Below are positions 40,258-48,645 of a DNA stretch of 64,000 nucleotides, piece after piece. The stretch lies in the IMG/VR virus record IMGVR_UViG_3300023184_000024, positions 288,755-352,754 of that record; one strand, 5' to 3'. The notes under the pieces were generated by a model. It ran no database searches and was not told where the DNA came from. It worked only from the letters and a program-made list of their open reading frames with translations. The position numbers and the translations under genes are program-made. Numbering within the stretch: the stretch's first letter is position 1; each line of letters opens with the position of its first letter.

Positions 40258-41565
40258 CCTAGCCCGGTTGATGTCTATCAACAGTTGAATAAGATCTTGT
40301 TTTGGCTTGCTAGGCCAATCTCCGGTCAAGTATGTGATATTGTCCGGGTTATGGCTCATTAATTTTCTAAACTCAGTCCAGTCGTGTCCAGTTTTGTATT
40401 GACTGCATGACTGTTTTGCAAGTGCAACATTGTCAGTTAGTTCGTTTATTATCAACTCTGCAAATTCTTTACTGAAAAATCTTGATTGATTGTGTCTTGT
40501 TATTGCAGACATGCATTGGCCTAGTTGCATTTTGTCTCGGTCAGACATTGCACTGAGTTCTTTCATTAACTGTAGAATTTTTTCCATCCTAACAACCGGG
40601 TTTGGTTCTTGGTCATAGCTTTCGTCAAAGAAATCACCAAATGTCTGGAATCCATAGCTTTTTAAATATTCTAAACTGCCAGCTGGACCCACCAATATAA
40701 ACGGTTTGTTGCAGGCAATTGGGCGCAGTGTTTTTTCAGTTAAATGTATTCGTTGATCGTCGAACAAGGTTTCAAGTATGACTTCAAACCAACATTGTTT
40801 GTAATCTTTGACACTGTAATCTGCACTTGCATACGACGGGCTTTGATTTTTTGCAATCTGACAGAGATCGTTGTTGGGCTTAAACTCAGGATTGGTAAAC
40901 ACATGGTCAAGGTAGTGTAGGTCCTGGTCCAGTGGTGCAAAGCTTACATTACACGAGTCTGTCAGGTTGTTGTCAATGAGCAAGTCTAGAAATTTCAATC
41001 TATATTCTCTAGTACCAGACCAAGCACGGTTGTAGATGTTAAAATCTTTTTGATAGTTTTCAGCTAGACGTAATAATTGGGCATCATGTTGGGCGTATCT
41101 AAACCAGTCTCTGGCAATGAATGCATGGCTCCACCAATAAACACCTTTGTACCCGTGTTGCTCGTACAATGCTATTTGGTCAGAGTTTTTTTCACTGTGA
41201 CACAGCAGAGTCTGATCATGTATTGTCTGCCCGGCAAACACAAATTTTAAATTTTGCTTGGTAATAAAACTGGTCAATTCTGGAGTCAATGACATATAAG
41301 TTGTAGGCCGATGATATTGATACCATTTTTCAACTGTTTCTTGGGGCAAATTTTCATATAAGTCAAAATTTAACGGCTCTTGATCATACATAATCATCGG
41401 CACAGTTCGTGCTAGATCGCAGGCCAACAGTTTTACAGACTCTTGTTCTAAGCGTTGTAGGTCGGGCACTTTTTTACTGCCATGAGGAAAAAAACAATAA
41501 ATTATAATGTCTTGATCAATTAAATCACCAATGTAGTGATACAACTTATCTAAAGGAATAAACAT
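40246..41565 (-). CDS. GT10-like ('TEK' motif) putative glycosyltransferase
   Basis: ILET..LTEKTLRPI..KPFILVG..GFQTF..DESYD. Confidence 0.55.
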   Translation of the reverse strand: MFIPLDKLYHYIGDLIDQDIIIYCFFPHGSKKVPDLQRLEQESVKLLACDLARTVPMIMYDQEPLNFDLYENLPQETVEKWYQYHRPTTYMSLTPELTSFITKQNLKFVFAGQTIHDQTLLCHSEKNSDQIALYEQHGYKGVYWWSHAFIARDWFRYAQHDAQLLRLAENYQKDFNIYNRAWSGTREYRLKFLDLLIDNNLTDSCNVSFAPLDQDLHYLDHVFTNPEFKPNNDLCQIAKNQSPSYASADYSVKDYKQCWFEVILETLFDDQRIHLTEKTLRPIACNKPFILVGPAGSLEYLKSYGFQTFGDFFDESYDQEPNPVVRMEKILQLMKELSAMSDRDKMQLGQCMSAITRHNQSRFFSKEFAELIINELTDNVALAKQSCSQYKTGHDWTEFRKLMSHNPDNITYLTGDWPSKPKQDLIQLLIDINRARSAD

Positions 41566-42802
41566 GTCGAGTAAAATAGGTTTTATAGGTTTAGGGAAAC
41601 TAGGCCTAGAGTGTGCTGAAGTTTTTGCAGAACACTATGAAGTTTCAGGTTATGATATTTACCCACGCACCAGCGACTCAGTAAAAGTTTGCAACATTGA
41701 GGACGTGGTAGAAAACAGCGATTGGATTTTTATTGCTGTGCCAACACCCCACAGTGAGGGGTACGATGGATCAGTTCCAAGTTCACACATGAAGCCCAAA
41801 GACTTTGGTCATGATGCTGTGATTGATGCAATCAACAAGGTCAATACATTTGCCACTAGTTCTAAAAAAATTGTGCTTATTTCCACAGTTCTTCCTGGCA
41901 CCACACGCAAACATTTTTACTCGTTGTTGGACAAAAAACATCAGTTTTTGTATAACCCGTATTTGATTGCCATGGGGTCAGTGAAATGGGACATGGTCAA
42001 CCCAGAAATGGTCATGATTGGCACCGAAGATGGTGATCAAACAACTTTGGCCAGCGAGCTCATTGAAATTTATAAACCATTGATGAAAAACGATCCAAGG
42101 TATGTTGTGGGCACATGGGACGAATGTGAAGCAATTAAAATTTTCTACAACACCTTTATCAGTGCCAAGGTTGGTCTTGCCAACATGATTCAAGACTTTG
42201 CACTCAAAATTGGCAACATCAATGTTGATGTGGTCACCAATGCATTGGCACAAAGCACCATGCGTATCATGGGCCCAAAGTACATGACCGCTGGCATGGG
42301 CGATGCTGGAGCCTGTCATCCTCGAGATAACATTGCTCTTCGTTGGTTAGCTGAAGAATACAACATTGGTTACGACTTGTTTGATACCATCATGCATGCT
42401 CGTGAAATCCAAGCAAAGAATCTAGCACAATTTTTGGTAAACCAAGCCAGCAACGGGTTGCCAATTGCCATTCACGGCAAAGCATACAAGCCTGACGTTG
42501 AATACTGCATTGGATCTTACTCAACGCTGGTTGGGCACTATGTCAAAGAACTCGGGCACACTGTGGTTTACGTAGATCCATTGGCCGACAATTCAACTGA
42601 TGTTGTTGCTGAGTTAACTGGACCTCATGTGGTGTTGTGGGCACACAATCGCAAAATCACCTATGAGTACACTGGAGATCAACTTGATACACAGCCATAT
42701 TGTGTTATTCCTCAAGGATCGATAATTGTTGACCCATGGCGCAAACTTGGGGACTCTGAGGAACACACAATTATCCACTATGGCAACACACGTGGTCAGT
42801 AA
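41564..42802 (+). CDS. UDP-glucose/GDP-mannose dehydrogenase family protein
   Basis: GLGKLG, AVPTP, STVLPGT, IKIFYNTF, catalytic-region GACHPRD. Confidence 0.9.
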   Translation: MSSKIGFIGLGKLGLECAEVFAEHYEVSGYDIYPRTSDSVKVCNIEDVVENSDWIFIAVPTPHSEGYDGSVPSSHMKPKDFGHDAVIDAINKVNTFATSSKKIVLISTVLPGTTRKHFYSLLDKKHQFLYNPYLIAMGSVKWDMVNPEMVMIGTEDGDQTTLASELIEIYKPLMKNDPRYVVGTWDECEAIKIFYNTFISAKVGLANMIQDFALKIGNINVDVVTNALAQSTMRIMGPKYMTAGMGDAGACHPRDNIALRWLAEEYNIGYDLFDTIMHAREIQAKNLAQFLVNQASNGLPIAIHGKAYKPDVEYCIGSYSTLVGHYVKELGHTVVYVDPLADNSTDVVAELTGPHVVLWAHNRKITYEYTGDQLDTQPYCVIPQGSIIVDPWRKLGDSEEHTIIHYGNTRGQ

Positions 42803-43298
42803 GTACAATCTTCCTGTATTCTGGAACAATGAATTTAAAACTCTTGACTACATTCAAGAGCCATTCAATGATCCTACCAGTGTGGCACAATGGTTGGCAC
42901 AAGGTTACCACACCAAGATCTGTGGCGACCTGTGTGACATGCGCCATCGGTTGCCTGCGTGGAGTCAACGATTCATTGACATCTATACTGAGATGGGATG
43001 GAAAGACATTGGACTTGCATTTTATCGCATGCCCACTGGCACAGTAATACCAGTGCACGGCGACCTGTACAAACGCTATGTTGAATTGTTCAACTTGCAG
43101 GGCCATGAACAAAGCATACGTCGTGCATTGGTGTTGTTAGAAGATTGGAAACCAGGGCATTACCTTGAAGTTGTTGGCCATCCTTATGTGAACTGGAAAG
43201 CTGGGACCACAGTGGAGTGGAGTTATGATGCTCCGCACTCAGCGGCAAATATTGGTCTTGAACATCGCTATACATTACAAATCACAGGACATTTATGA
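42780..43298 (+). CDS. Cupin/2OG-Fe(II) oxygenase-like protein
   Basis: PVHGD..LEDWKPGH..PHSAANIG..RYTLQITG. Confidence 0.6.
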   Translation: MATHVVSKYNLPVFWNNEFKTLDYIQEPFNDPTSVAQWLAQGYHTKICGDLCDMRHRLPAWSQRFIDIYTEMGWKDIGLAFYRMPTGTVIPVHGDLYKRYVELFNLQGHEQSIRRALVLLEDWKPGHYLEVVGHPYVNWKAGTTVEWSYDAPHSAANIGLEHRYTLQITGHL

Positions 43299-44209
43299 TA
43301 TCATCGTGGAATGAGTGGGACCCGTTAAAAAAGATTGTGGTAGGATCGGCCACCAATGCCAACTGGCCTGTGAATGATCCGGTGTTTGCCCGCGAAGGTG
43401 AAAAAACCAGCTGGAAAGAAACACCTGTGCCACGTGGCCCAGTTCCGCAGAAGATAATCGACGAAACCAACGAAGATCTAGACAAGTTGGCAACAATGTT
43501 GATGAGTCTGGGCGTTGAAGTTGTGCGCCCTGAGTCATTGGATTTTCAAACACACGATGGCATGTACAATTATTGCCCACGTGATAGACTTTTAGTTGTG
43601 GGCAACCGAGTAATTGACACAGCCATGATGTATCCATGTAGAGACATGGAATTACAATGCTATCATGGCATATTAAAAGATGCAGAAATGATATCAATGC
43701 CCAGGGATCAAGGGTTGGTATTAGATGCAGCCAATGTGTGCAGACTGGGCAACAAAATGTTGTTTTTAGAGTCAGCATCGGGCAATCGTGCTGCCTACGA
43801 ATGGTTGTGCGGCCAGTTCCCAGACATTGAAATTGAGTTATGTAACTTCTATGCAGGGGTGCACATTGATTCAACCATTGTGCCGTTGCGTAAAGGTCTG
43901 GTCATGTTGAATTCTAGTCGTGTAAATATGGACACAGTGCCCAAAGTCTTTGATGGCTGGCACAAAATTTGGATAAATGATGTAGTAGCACAAGACTTTT
44001 ACCAATACCCCTACGCATCAAAATGGATAGCTATGAATATGTTAGTGGTAGATCCGCACACAGTGATTTGTAATCAAAGTCAACGTGATTTAATCAAAAC
44101 ACTCAAAAGCTATAAGTTTGAAGTAATACCAATGGAACTGCGTCATAGCCGTACATTGGGTGGTGGATTCCATTGTGCAACATTGGACCTATGGAGAAAA
44201 CATGATTGA
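43295..44209 (+). CDS. Amidinotransferase (glycine/inosamine-phosphate amidinotransferase family)
   Basis: SWNEWDPL, CPRD, DAAN, HID, GGGFHCATLD. Confidence 0.9.
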   Translation: MISSWNEWDPLKKIVVGSATNANWPVNDPVFAREGEKTSWKETPVPRGPVPQKIIDETNEDLDKLATMLMSLGVEVVRPESLDFQTHDGMYNYCPRDRLLVVGNRVIDTAMMYPCRDMELQCYHGILKDAEMISMPRDQGLVLDAANVCRLGNKMLFLESASGNRAAYEWLCGQFPDIEIELCNFYAGVHIDSTIVPLRKGLVMLNSSRVNMDTVPKVFDGWHKIWINDVVAQDFYQYPYASKWIAMNMLVVDPHTVICNQSQRDLIKTLKSYKFEVIPMELRHSRTLGGGFHCATLDLWRKHD

Positions 44210-45260
44210 TAATAATTCGTTAAACTCAACACTGACACTGGCAATTGATAATGCAATACAAGATCTAGTTAATAAAACCATCGACTCGTTGGTGCTAGAC
44301 CCTGCTTGGGTTGCAAAAATAGAATCAATTGTCAATCAAAGTTATGCACAAAGATTTGCTCGACACATCAGCACAGTTGACATTGAGTCAATGGTGGTCA
44401 AGTATCTTGAAGAAGGTGTGGATAGATGGCAAGAAAAATTAAAAAATAATTTTAAAACGAATGGAATCACTGACGATGCAACCTCTTGTCAACTCACAGT
44501 GATGGACGGAGTTGTTGTAGTTGAAAACAATGCAGTTGCAAGAAATCTCACAGTGATTGAAGATTCGGACGTACAAGGAACATTGACCGTTAAAAACCTT
44601 GTGGTAAAAGGATCAATCAACACTGATAATCATTCTTGGAAAGAGTTATCGACTTACATTGTGGACATAACTTTAGAAAAAGTCAATAAACAATGGCGTG
44701 ACGATTTGGCCAAAGAAGTTGTGGCCCTGGCCAAAACACAGGGTATCAGCTTCAAAGAAATTCTAATCAATGACAAACCATTGGTTGTTGACTCTGCACT
44801 AAATTCGTTTATCACACAAACCAGCATCGAACAAACTGGAGTTCTTAAAGACTTAACAGTGTCCGGAGAAGCAGTGTTCAACGATAATACATTGTCAGTG
44901 TTGAATCGTCGAGTGGGAGTTAACACACGTACTCCTGAAATGGCACTGGGACTATGGGACGAAGAAGTGTCGGTGTTGATTGGAAAGCTGTCACAAAATA
45001 ATGCATTTGTGGGCACCGGGCGAGGACAGTCGTTGTCATTGGGCACAAATAGACAACCACAGCTGGAGATCAACACTGACGGACTAGTCACTGTTAAAAA
45101 ATTACAGGTAGATAAATTTCAAATTGGACATGCTACCACTGTACCTGGCCACAGCGGAACAAAAGGCGACTTATTGATCAACAGCGACTTCAAGCAAGAC
45201 CAACCATTTGCTTGGATATGTTTAGGTGGCTTCCGTTGGCAACCACTGAAGGGTGCATGA
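44202..45260 (+). CDS. Hypothetical, possibly fibre-like structural protein
   Basis: Beta-repeat segments (LTVSG, VGVNTRTP) and C-terminal WICLGG..W. Confidence 0.45.
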   Translation: MIDNNSLNSTLTLAIDNAIQDLVNKTIDSLVLDPAWVAKIESIVNQSYAQRFARHISTVDIESMVVKYLEEGVDRWQEKLKNNFKTNGITDDATSCQLTVMDGVVVVENNAVARNLTVIEDSDVQGTLTVKNLVVKGSINTDNHSWKELSTYIVDITLEKVNKQWRDDLAKEVVALAKTQGISFKEILINDKPLVVDSALNSFITQTSIEQTGVLKDLTVSGEAVFNDNTLSVLNRRVGVNTRTPEMALGLWDEEVSVLIGKLSQNNAFVGTGRGQSLSLGTNRQPQLEINTDGLVTVKKLQVDKFQIGHATTVPGHSGTKGDLLINSDFKQDQPFAWICLGGFRWQPLKGA

Positions 45261-45814
45261 TGAAAATTAGCTGGGTAGTTGCTGATGGTTATACGTTTGA
45301 TCCTACTATACATCTTAACCAAGTTAAAGATATCGGGCCGGTCTGGGGATCATGGCGCACATGGAGATCTTGTGGCACTGACAATGTTATCAGTCATGAA
45401 TTTAAAAAATCACAAGAATTATTACAACGGGCATTTCAAGCAGTTTGTAATTTTTATATCCCAAAGCATGATTATCAAGGACACGGCCGTCCGATGGGGG
45501 TTAAACTGTATGATGGTGAATACAACTCTCAGTTAGATCGTGTAGAAGAAATCATAGCAATGCATCTGGCTGCGCAAAGTTCGGACATTGTATTAATGCT
45601 GGGATTTAATTTGGTTATGCCCGAAAACATCACAGACAAATTAGAACAACATAAAATCAAGAATTATCATGGTCTGGTTCGGAGTGCAATTGCTGCCAAC
45701 GAGAATGTACAATGGGTGGCAGTGGATCATGCAAGCACACCAGATCAAGCATATTCAACATTGCCCAATTTCTCTTGCGATGTAATGGATAATGTGTTAC
45801 AATTACTAACTTAA
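45257..45814 (+). CDS. Hypothetical protein (possible degenerate Maf/DUF115-like fold)
   Basis: AMHLAA..IVLMLGFN pattern. Confidence 0.4.
   Translation: MMKISWVVADGYTFDPTIHLNQVKDIGPVWGSWRTWRSCGTDNVISHEFKKSQELLQRAFQAVCNFYIPKHDYQGHGRPMGVKLYDGEYNSQLDRVEEIIAMHLAAQSSDIVLMLGFNLVMPENITDKLEQHKIKNYHGLVRSAIAANENVQWVAVDHASTPDQAYSTLPNFSCDVMDNVLQLLT
45775..45803 (+). promoter_or_regulatory. sigma70-type promoter for uvsE
   Basis: TTGCGA-N17-TACAAT with TG extension. Confidence 0.5.
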
Positions 45815-45838
45815 ACACTATGTTTCTAAAAGGGTTGT

Positions 45839-46855
45839 ATGATCGCTCGTGTGGGTTTTGCTTGCAAATGGATAAATGATCCCAGCCAAGTTGCTGGCCT
45901 AAAACCCAATGCAGTGGATCGTGACCTCAATGGTCGAAGTACAACCATGCGTTGGTTACGTGAACACAAACTTGAAGCCGAACAACGTCAGTGGGACATT
46001 ATGAATCATAATGCTCGTGCTGCCTTGCTGATGGTAGAACGTGTGGGCAGTTTACCCCTACACCTGCGTATGGTACGCCTGGGCAGTGAAATGTTACAAG
46101 GCTACACTGAGCCAGACTGGAAGGCCTGGTGGCAACGCAGGGAAATTCAAGATCACTGTGCTGACATTTTTGCACCTGTGGGTGCTCGTGCTAGAGAACT
46201 GGGAGTGCGACTGAGTTTCCATCCTGGGCAGTTTTGTGTGTTAGCCAGTGAAAGTGACGAAATTGCAGGGAGAAGCATTGAAGAATTTGAATATCATGCG
46301 GACATGGCACGTTGGATGGGCTACGGCAAAACGTTCCAGGACTTTAAGATCAATGTACATATTTCCGGACGGAAAGGTCCTGCGGGTATTCAAAGTGCCC
46401 TCCAACGGCTCAGCCCCGAAGCAAGAAATTGCATTACTATCGAAAACGATGAGATGTCTTGGGGAATAGACGCCAGTTTAGAATTGGCCAGAGACTGTGC
46501 GCTAGTGCTTGATATCCATCACCATTGGATTAAAACTGGAGAATATATTGAAAACAATGATGACCGTATTAAAAAGATTTGTGATAGCTGGCGTGGTGTT
46601 AGGCCTGTTGTACATTACTCCGTCAGTCGTGAAGATGTACTTGTCGGACATTCCCGATCACAACGCCCCGCTCTTGTTCCGTTAATGGAAACAGGCCACA
46701 AAAAAGGCAAACTTAGAGCACACAGTGATTTTTATTGGAACGATGATGTTAATCGGTGGGCAGCCACGCACAGTGCCTGGGCCGACATCATGTGCGAAAG
46801 CAAAGGCAAGAATCTTGCCAGCCAGGAATTTGCAAAGTACTGTGTACCATCATGA
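45839..46855 (+). CDS. uvsE: UV damage endonuclease
   Basis: GFAC, RLSFHPGQF, IENDE, LDIHHH, HYS, RAHSD, MCESK.K. Confidence 0.92.
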   Translation: MIARVGFACKWINDPSQVAGLKPNAVDRDLNGRSTTMRWLREHKLEAEQRQWDIMNHNARAALLMVERVGSLPLHLRMVRLGSEMLQGYTEPDWKAWWQRREIQDHCADIFAPVGARARELGVRLSFHPGQFCVLASESDEIAGRSIEEFEYHADMARWMGYGKTFQDFKINVHISGRKGPAGIQSALQRLSPEARNCITIENDEMSWGIDASLELARDCALVLDIHHHWIKTGEYIENNDDRIKKICDSWRGVRPVVHYSVSREDVLVGHSRSQRPALVPLMETGHKKGKLRAHSDFYWNDDVNRWAATHSAWADIMCESKGKNLASQEFAKYCVPS

Positions 46856-47139
46856 ATGAACTGTTAGCCCCAACTTTTAACTGGATCAAAGATGACTTTA
46901 AATCTAATCGAATTCGCTTTGTTATTGAGTTGCTTGCTTGGGCTATCAGTATTGGTTGCAGTATTACTATGGCACTCACGGTCCCCAATCCTCCGCTTCT
47001 TGCTCTTTATCCTGTTTGGATCACTGGTTGTGCTTTGTATGCTTGGGCTAGTTGGACTAGGAAATCTTTTGGCATGTTGGTTAACTATCTACTGTTAGTA
47101 ACCATTGACAGTGTTGGGCTAATGCGAATGTTATCATAA
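46852..47139 (+). CDS. Small multi-TM membrane protein
   Basis: ATGA overlap at 46852; three hydrophobic segments. Confidence 0.65.
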   Translation: MNELLAPTFNWIKDDFKSNRIRFVIELLAWAISIGCSITMALTVPNPPLLALYPVWITGCALYAWASWTRKSFGMLVNYLLLVTIDSVGLMRMLS

Positions 47140-47152
47140 TACTACCACTTAT

Positions 47153-47175
47153 AGGCACCGAAAGGTGCTTTTTTT
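47153..47175 (+). terminator. Rho-independent terminator
   Basis: AGGCACC-GAAA-GGTGCTT followed by TTTTT. Confidence 0.85.
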
Positions 47176-47241
47176 ATACCCACTATTTCTTTTCTCCAAA
47201 ACAAGTAAATATTAAAATAACAACTATAATAGGTGAGCATA

Positions 47242-48645
47242 ATGATAAAAAGAATTGCCCTGAGCTTGATCAGCCTTGCGCTGATAGCGGTAGCCACTGC
47301 ACAAACAACAACCGGAACGTCGGGTACCTCTGGCGGCACAACCACTGGAACTACTACAGTTATTAACCAAGGTAGCTATGATTCCAAATCATTGGTAGAT
47401 ACCAATAGTACTAGTAACAGCGTGAGCACAATTAACACAAACAACGTTAACAGTGGCACTATTACCAACAACAATAACACCAGTTTAACTGGTGGAACAA
47501 CAAATACCAACGTTAACACAAATACCAACAATGGTACAATGACCAACAACAATAACAACAACAACGTTATGAGTGGCAGTGTTACCTATACAAACAACAA
47601 CAACAATGTAAACAGCGGTACTCAAACGTTCAACAACAATAACGTCAACACTGGTACAATGACCAATAATAACAACAATGTCAATACCAGCACCAGTTCG
47701 AGTACTAATGTTAACACCAATAACAATGTCAACAGCGGTACACAAACGTTCAACAATAATAATGCTAGTACATCATCCAGCACAGCAGTTAATACTAATA
47801 ACAATATTAACAGCGGCACAATGACTTACAACAACAACAATGTCAGCTCTAGTACAAGTACCAATACAAATAACAATAACAATGTCAGCACAAGTACCAA
47901 CACAAATTATCAGTATGGTACAATGACCAATAATAACAACAACGTGAATACCAGTACCAGTGCCAACACCAATAACAATGTTAACACAGGTGACATGACC
48001 AACCGTAATATCAACAATACCACTGCTACAACCAGCAACACCAACACCAATGTTAACAGTGGCACAATGACCAACATTAATCAGAATACCAACAATGGTA
48101 CAATGACCAACAACAACAATAACACTAGTACAAGCACCAATGTCAATCAAAATGCCAACGTTAATCAAAACATCAACAGTGGTGAAATGACTAACAAGAA
48201 TATCAACGAAACAACTATCACGCAAAAAGTTATTCAACCTCCACCAACTGCTGTTGCTCCTGCAATGATGAGTGGTGGCAATGCCGATTTATGTAGTACT
48301 GGTACCAGTGGTAGTGTTCAGACTCAAATATTTGGAGTAGGTGCCGGCAGTACCAGTCGTGATATGAATTGTGAACGATTAAAGTTAAGTAAAACTTTGT
48401 ATGATATGGGTATGAAGGTTGCCGCTGTGGCCACAATGTGTCAAGACCGTAGAGTATTTGATGCCATGTTGGCCGCTGGCACACCCTGCCCGTTTGAAGG
48501 CAAGATTGGTGAACAAGCCAAGGCTGCATGGGAATCAAATCCAGAAAAGTTGCCAAAACTTGAAGAGGAAAAACTAGATGACACTTACAAGAAAGTTGGC
48601 TTCGGCGCTTTGCTTGGCGTTCTCATTCATAACGCTTTCAAGTAA
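47242..48645 (+). CDS. Secreted Asn/Thr-repeat protein with Cys-containing C-terminal domain
   Basis: Signal peptide, roughly 260 aa of N/T/S repeats, then a 4-Cys domain (DLC..NCERLK..MCQD..TPCP). Confidence 0.75.
   Translation: MIKRIALSLISLALIAVATAQTTTGTSGTSGGTTTGTTTVINQGSYDSKSLVDTNSTSNSVSTINTNNVNSGTITNNNNTSLTGGTTNTNVNTNTNNGTMTNNNNNNNVMSGSVTYTNNNNNVNSGTQTFNNNNVNTGTMTNNNNNVNTSTSSSTNVNTNNNVNSGTQTFNNNNASTSSSTAVNTNNNINSGTMTYNNNNVSSSTSTNTNNNNNVSTSTNTNYQYGTMTNNNNNVNTSTSANTNNNVNTGDMTNRNINNTTATTSNTNTNVNSGTMTNINQNTNNGTMTNNNNNTSTSTNVNQNANVNQNINSGEMTNKNINETTITQKVIQPPPTAVAPAMMSGGNADLCSTGTSGSVQTQIFGVGAGSTSRDMNCERLKLSKTLYDMGMKVAAVATMCQDRRVFDAMLAAGTPCPFEGKIGEQAKAAWESNPEKLPKLEEEKLDDTYKKVGFGALLGVLIHNAFK
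47400..48200 (+). repeat. Coding low-complexity repeat (NNNN-VNSG-TMT / TQTF units)
   Basis: Recurring AAC/AAT runs and GGTACAATGACCAA copies. Confidence 0.9.

Noticed and set aside
43293-43874. 193-aa minus-strand ORF and other long antisense ORFs (e.g. 35821-36384, 21951-22406)
   Set aside because: They overlap well-supported genes on the opposite strand and show no motifs or expression signals.
47400-48200. CRISPR array or diversity-generating retroelement template in the AAC-rich repeat
   Set aside because: The repeats are degenerate, in frame and protein-coding, with no fixed repeat-spacer period. I saw no reverse transcriptase or adenine-variant duplicate in the window.
47376-48237. 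Leu/Val-rich minus-strand ORFs that look like membrane proteins
   Set aside because: They are reverse-complement artefacts of the Asn/Thr codon repeats.
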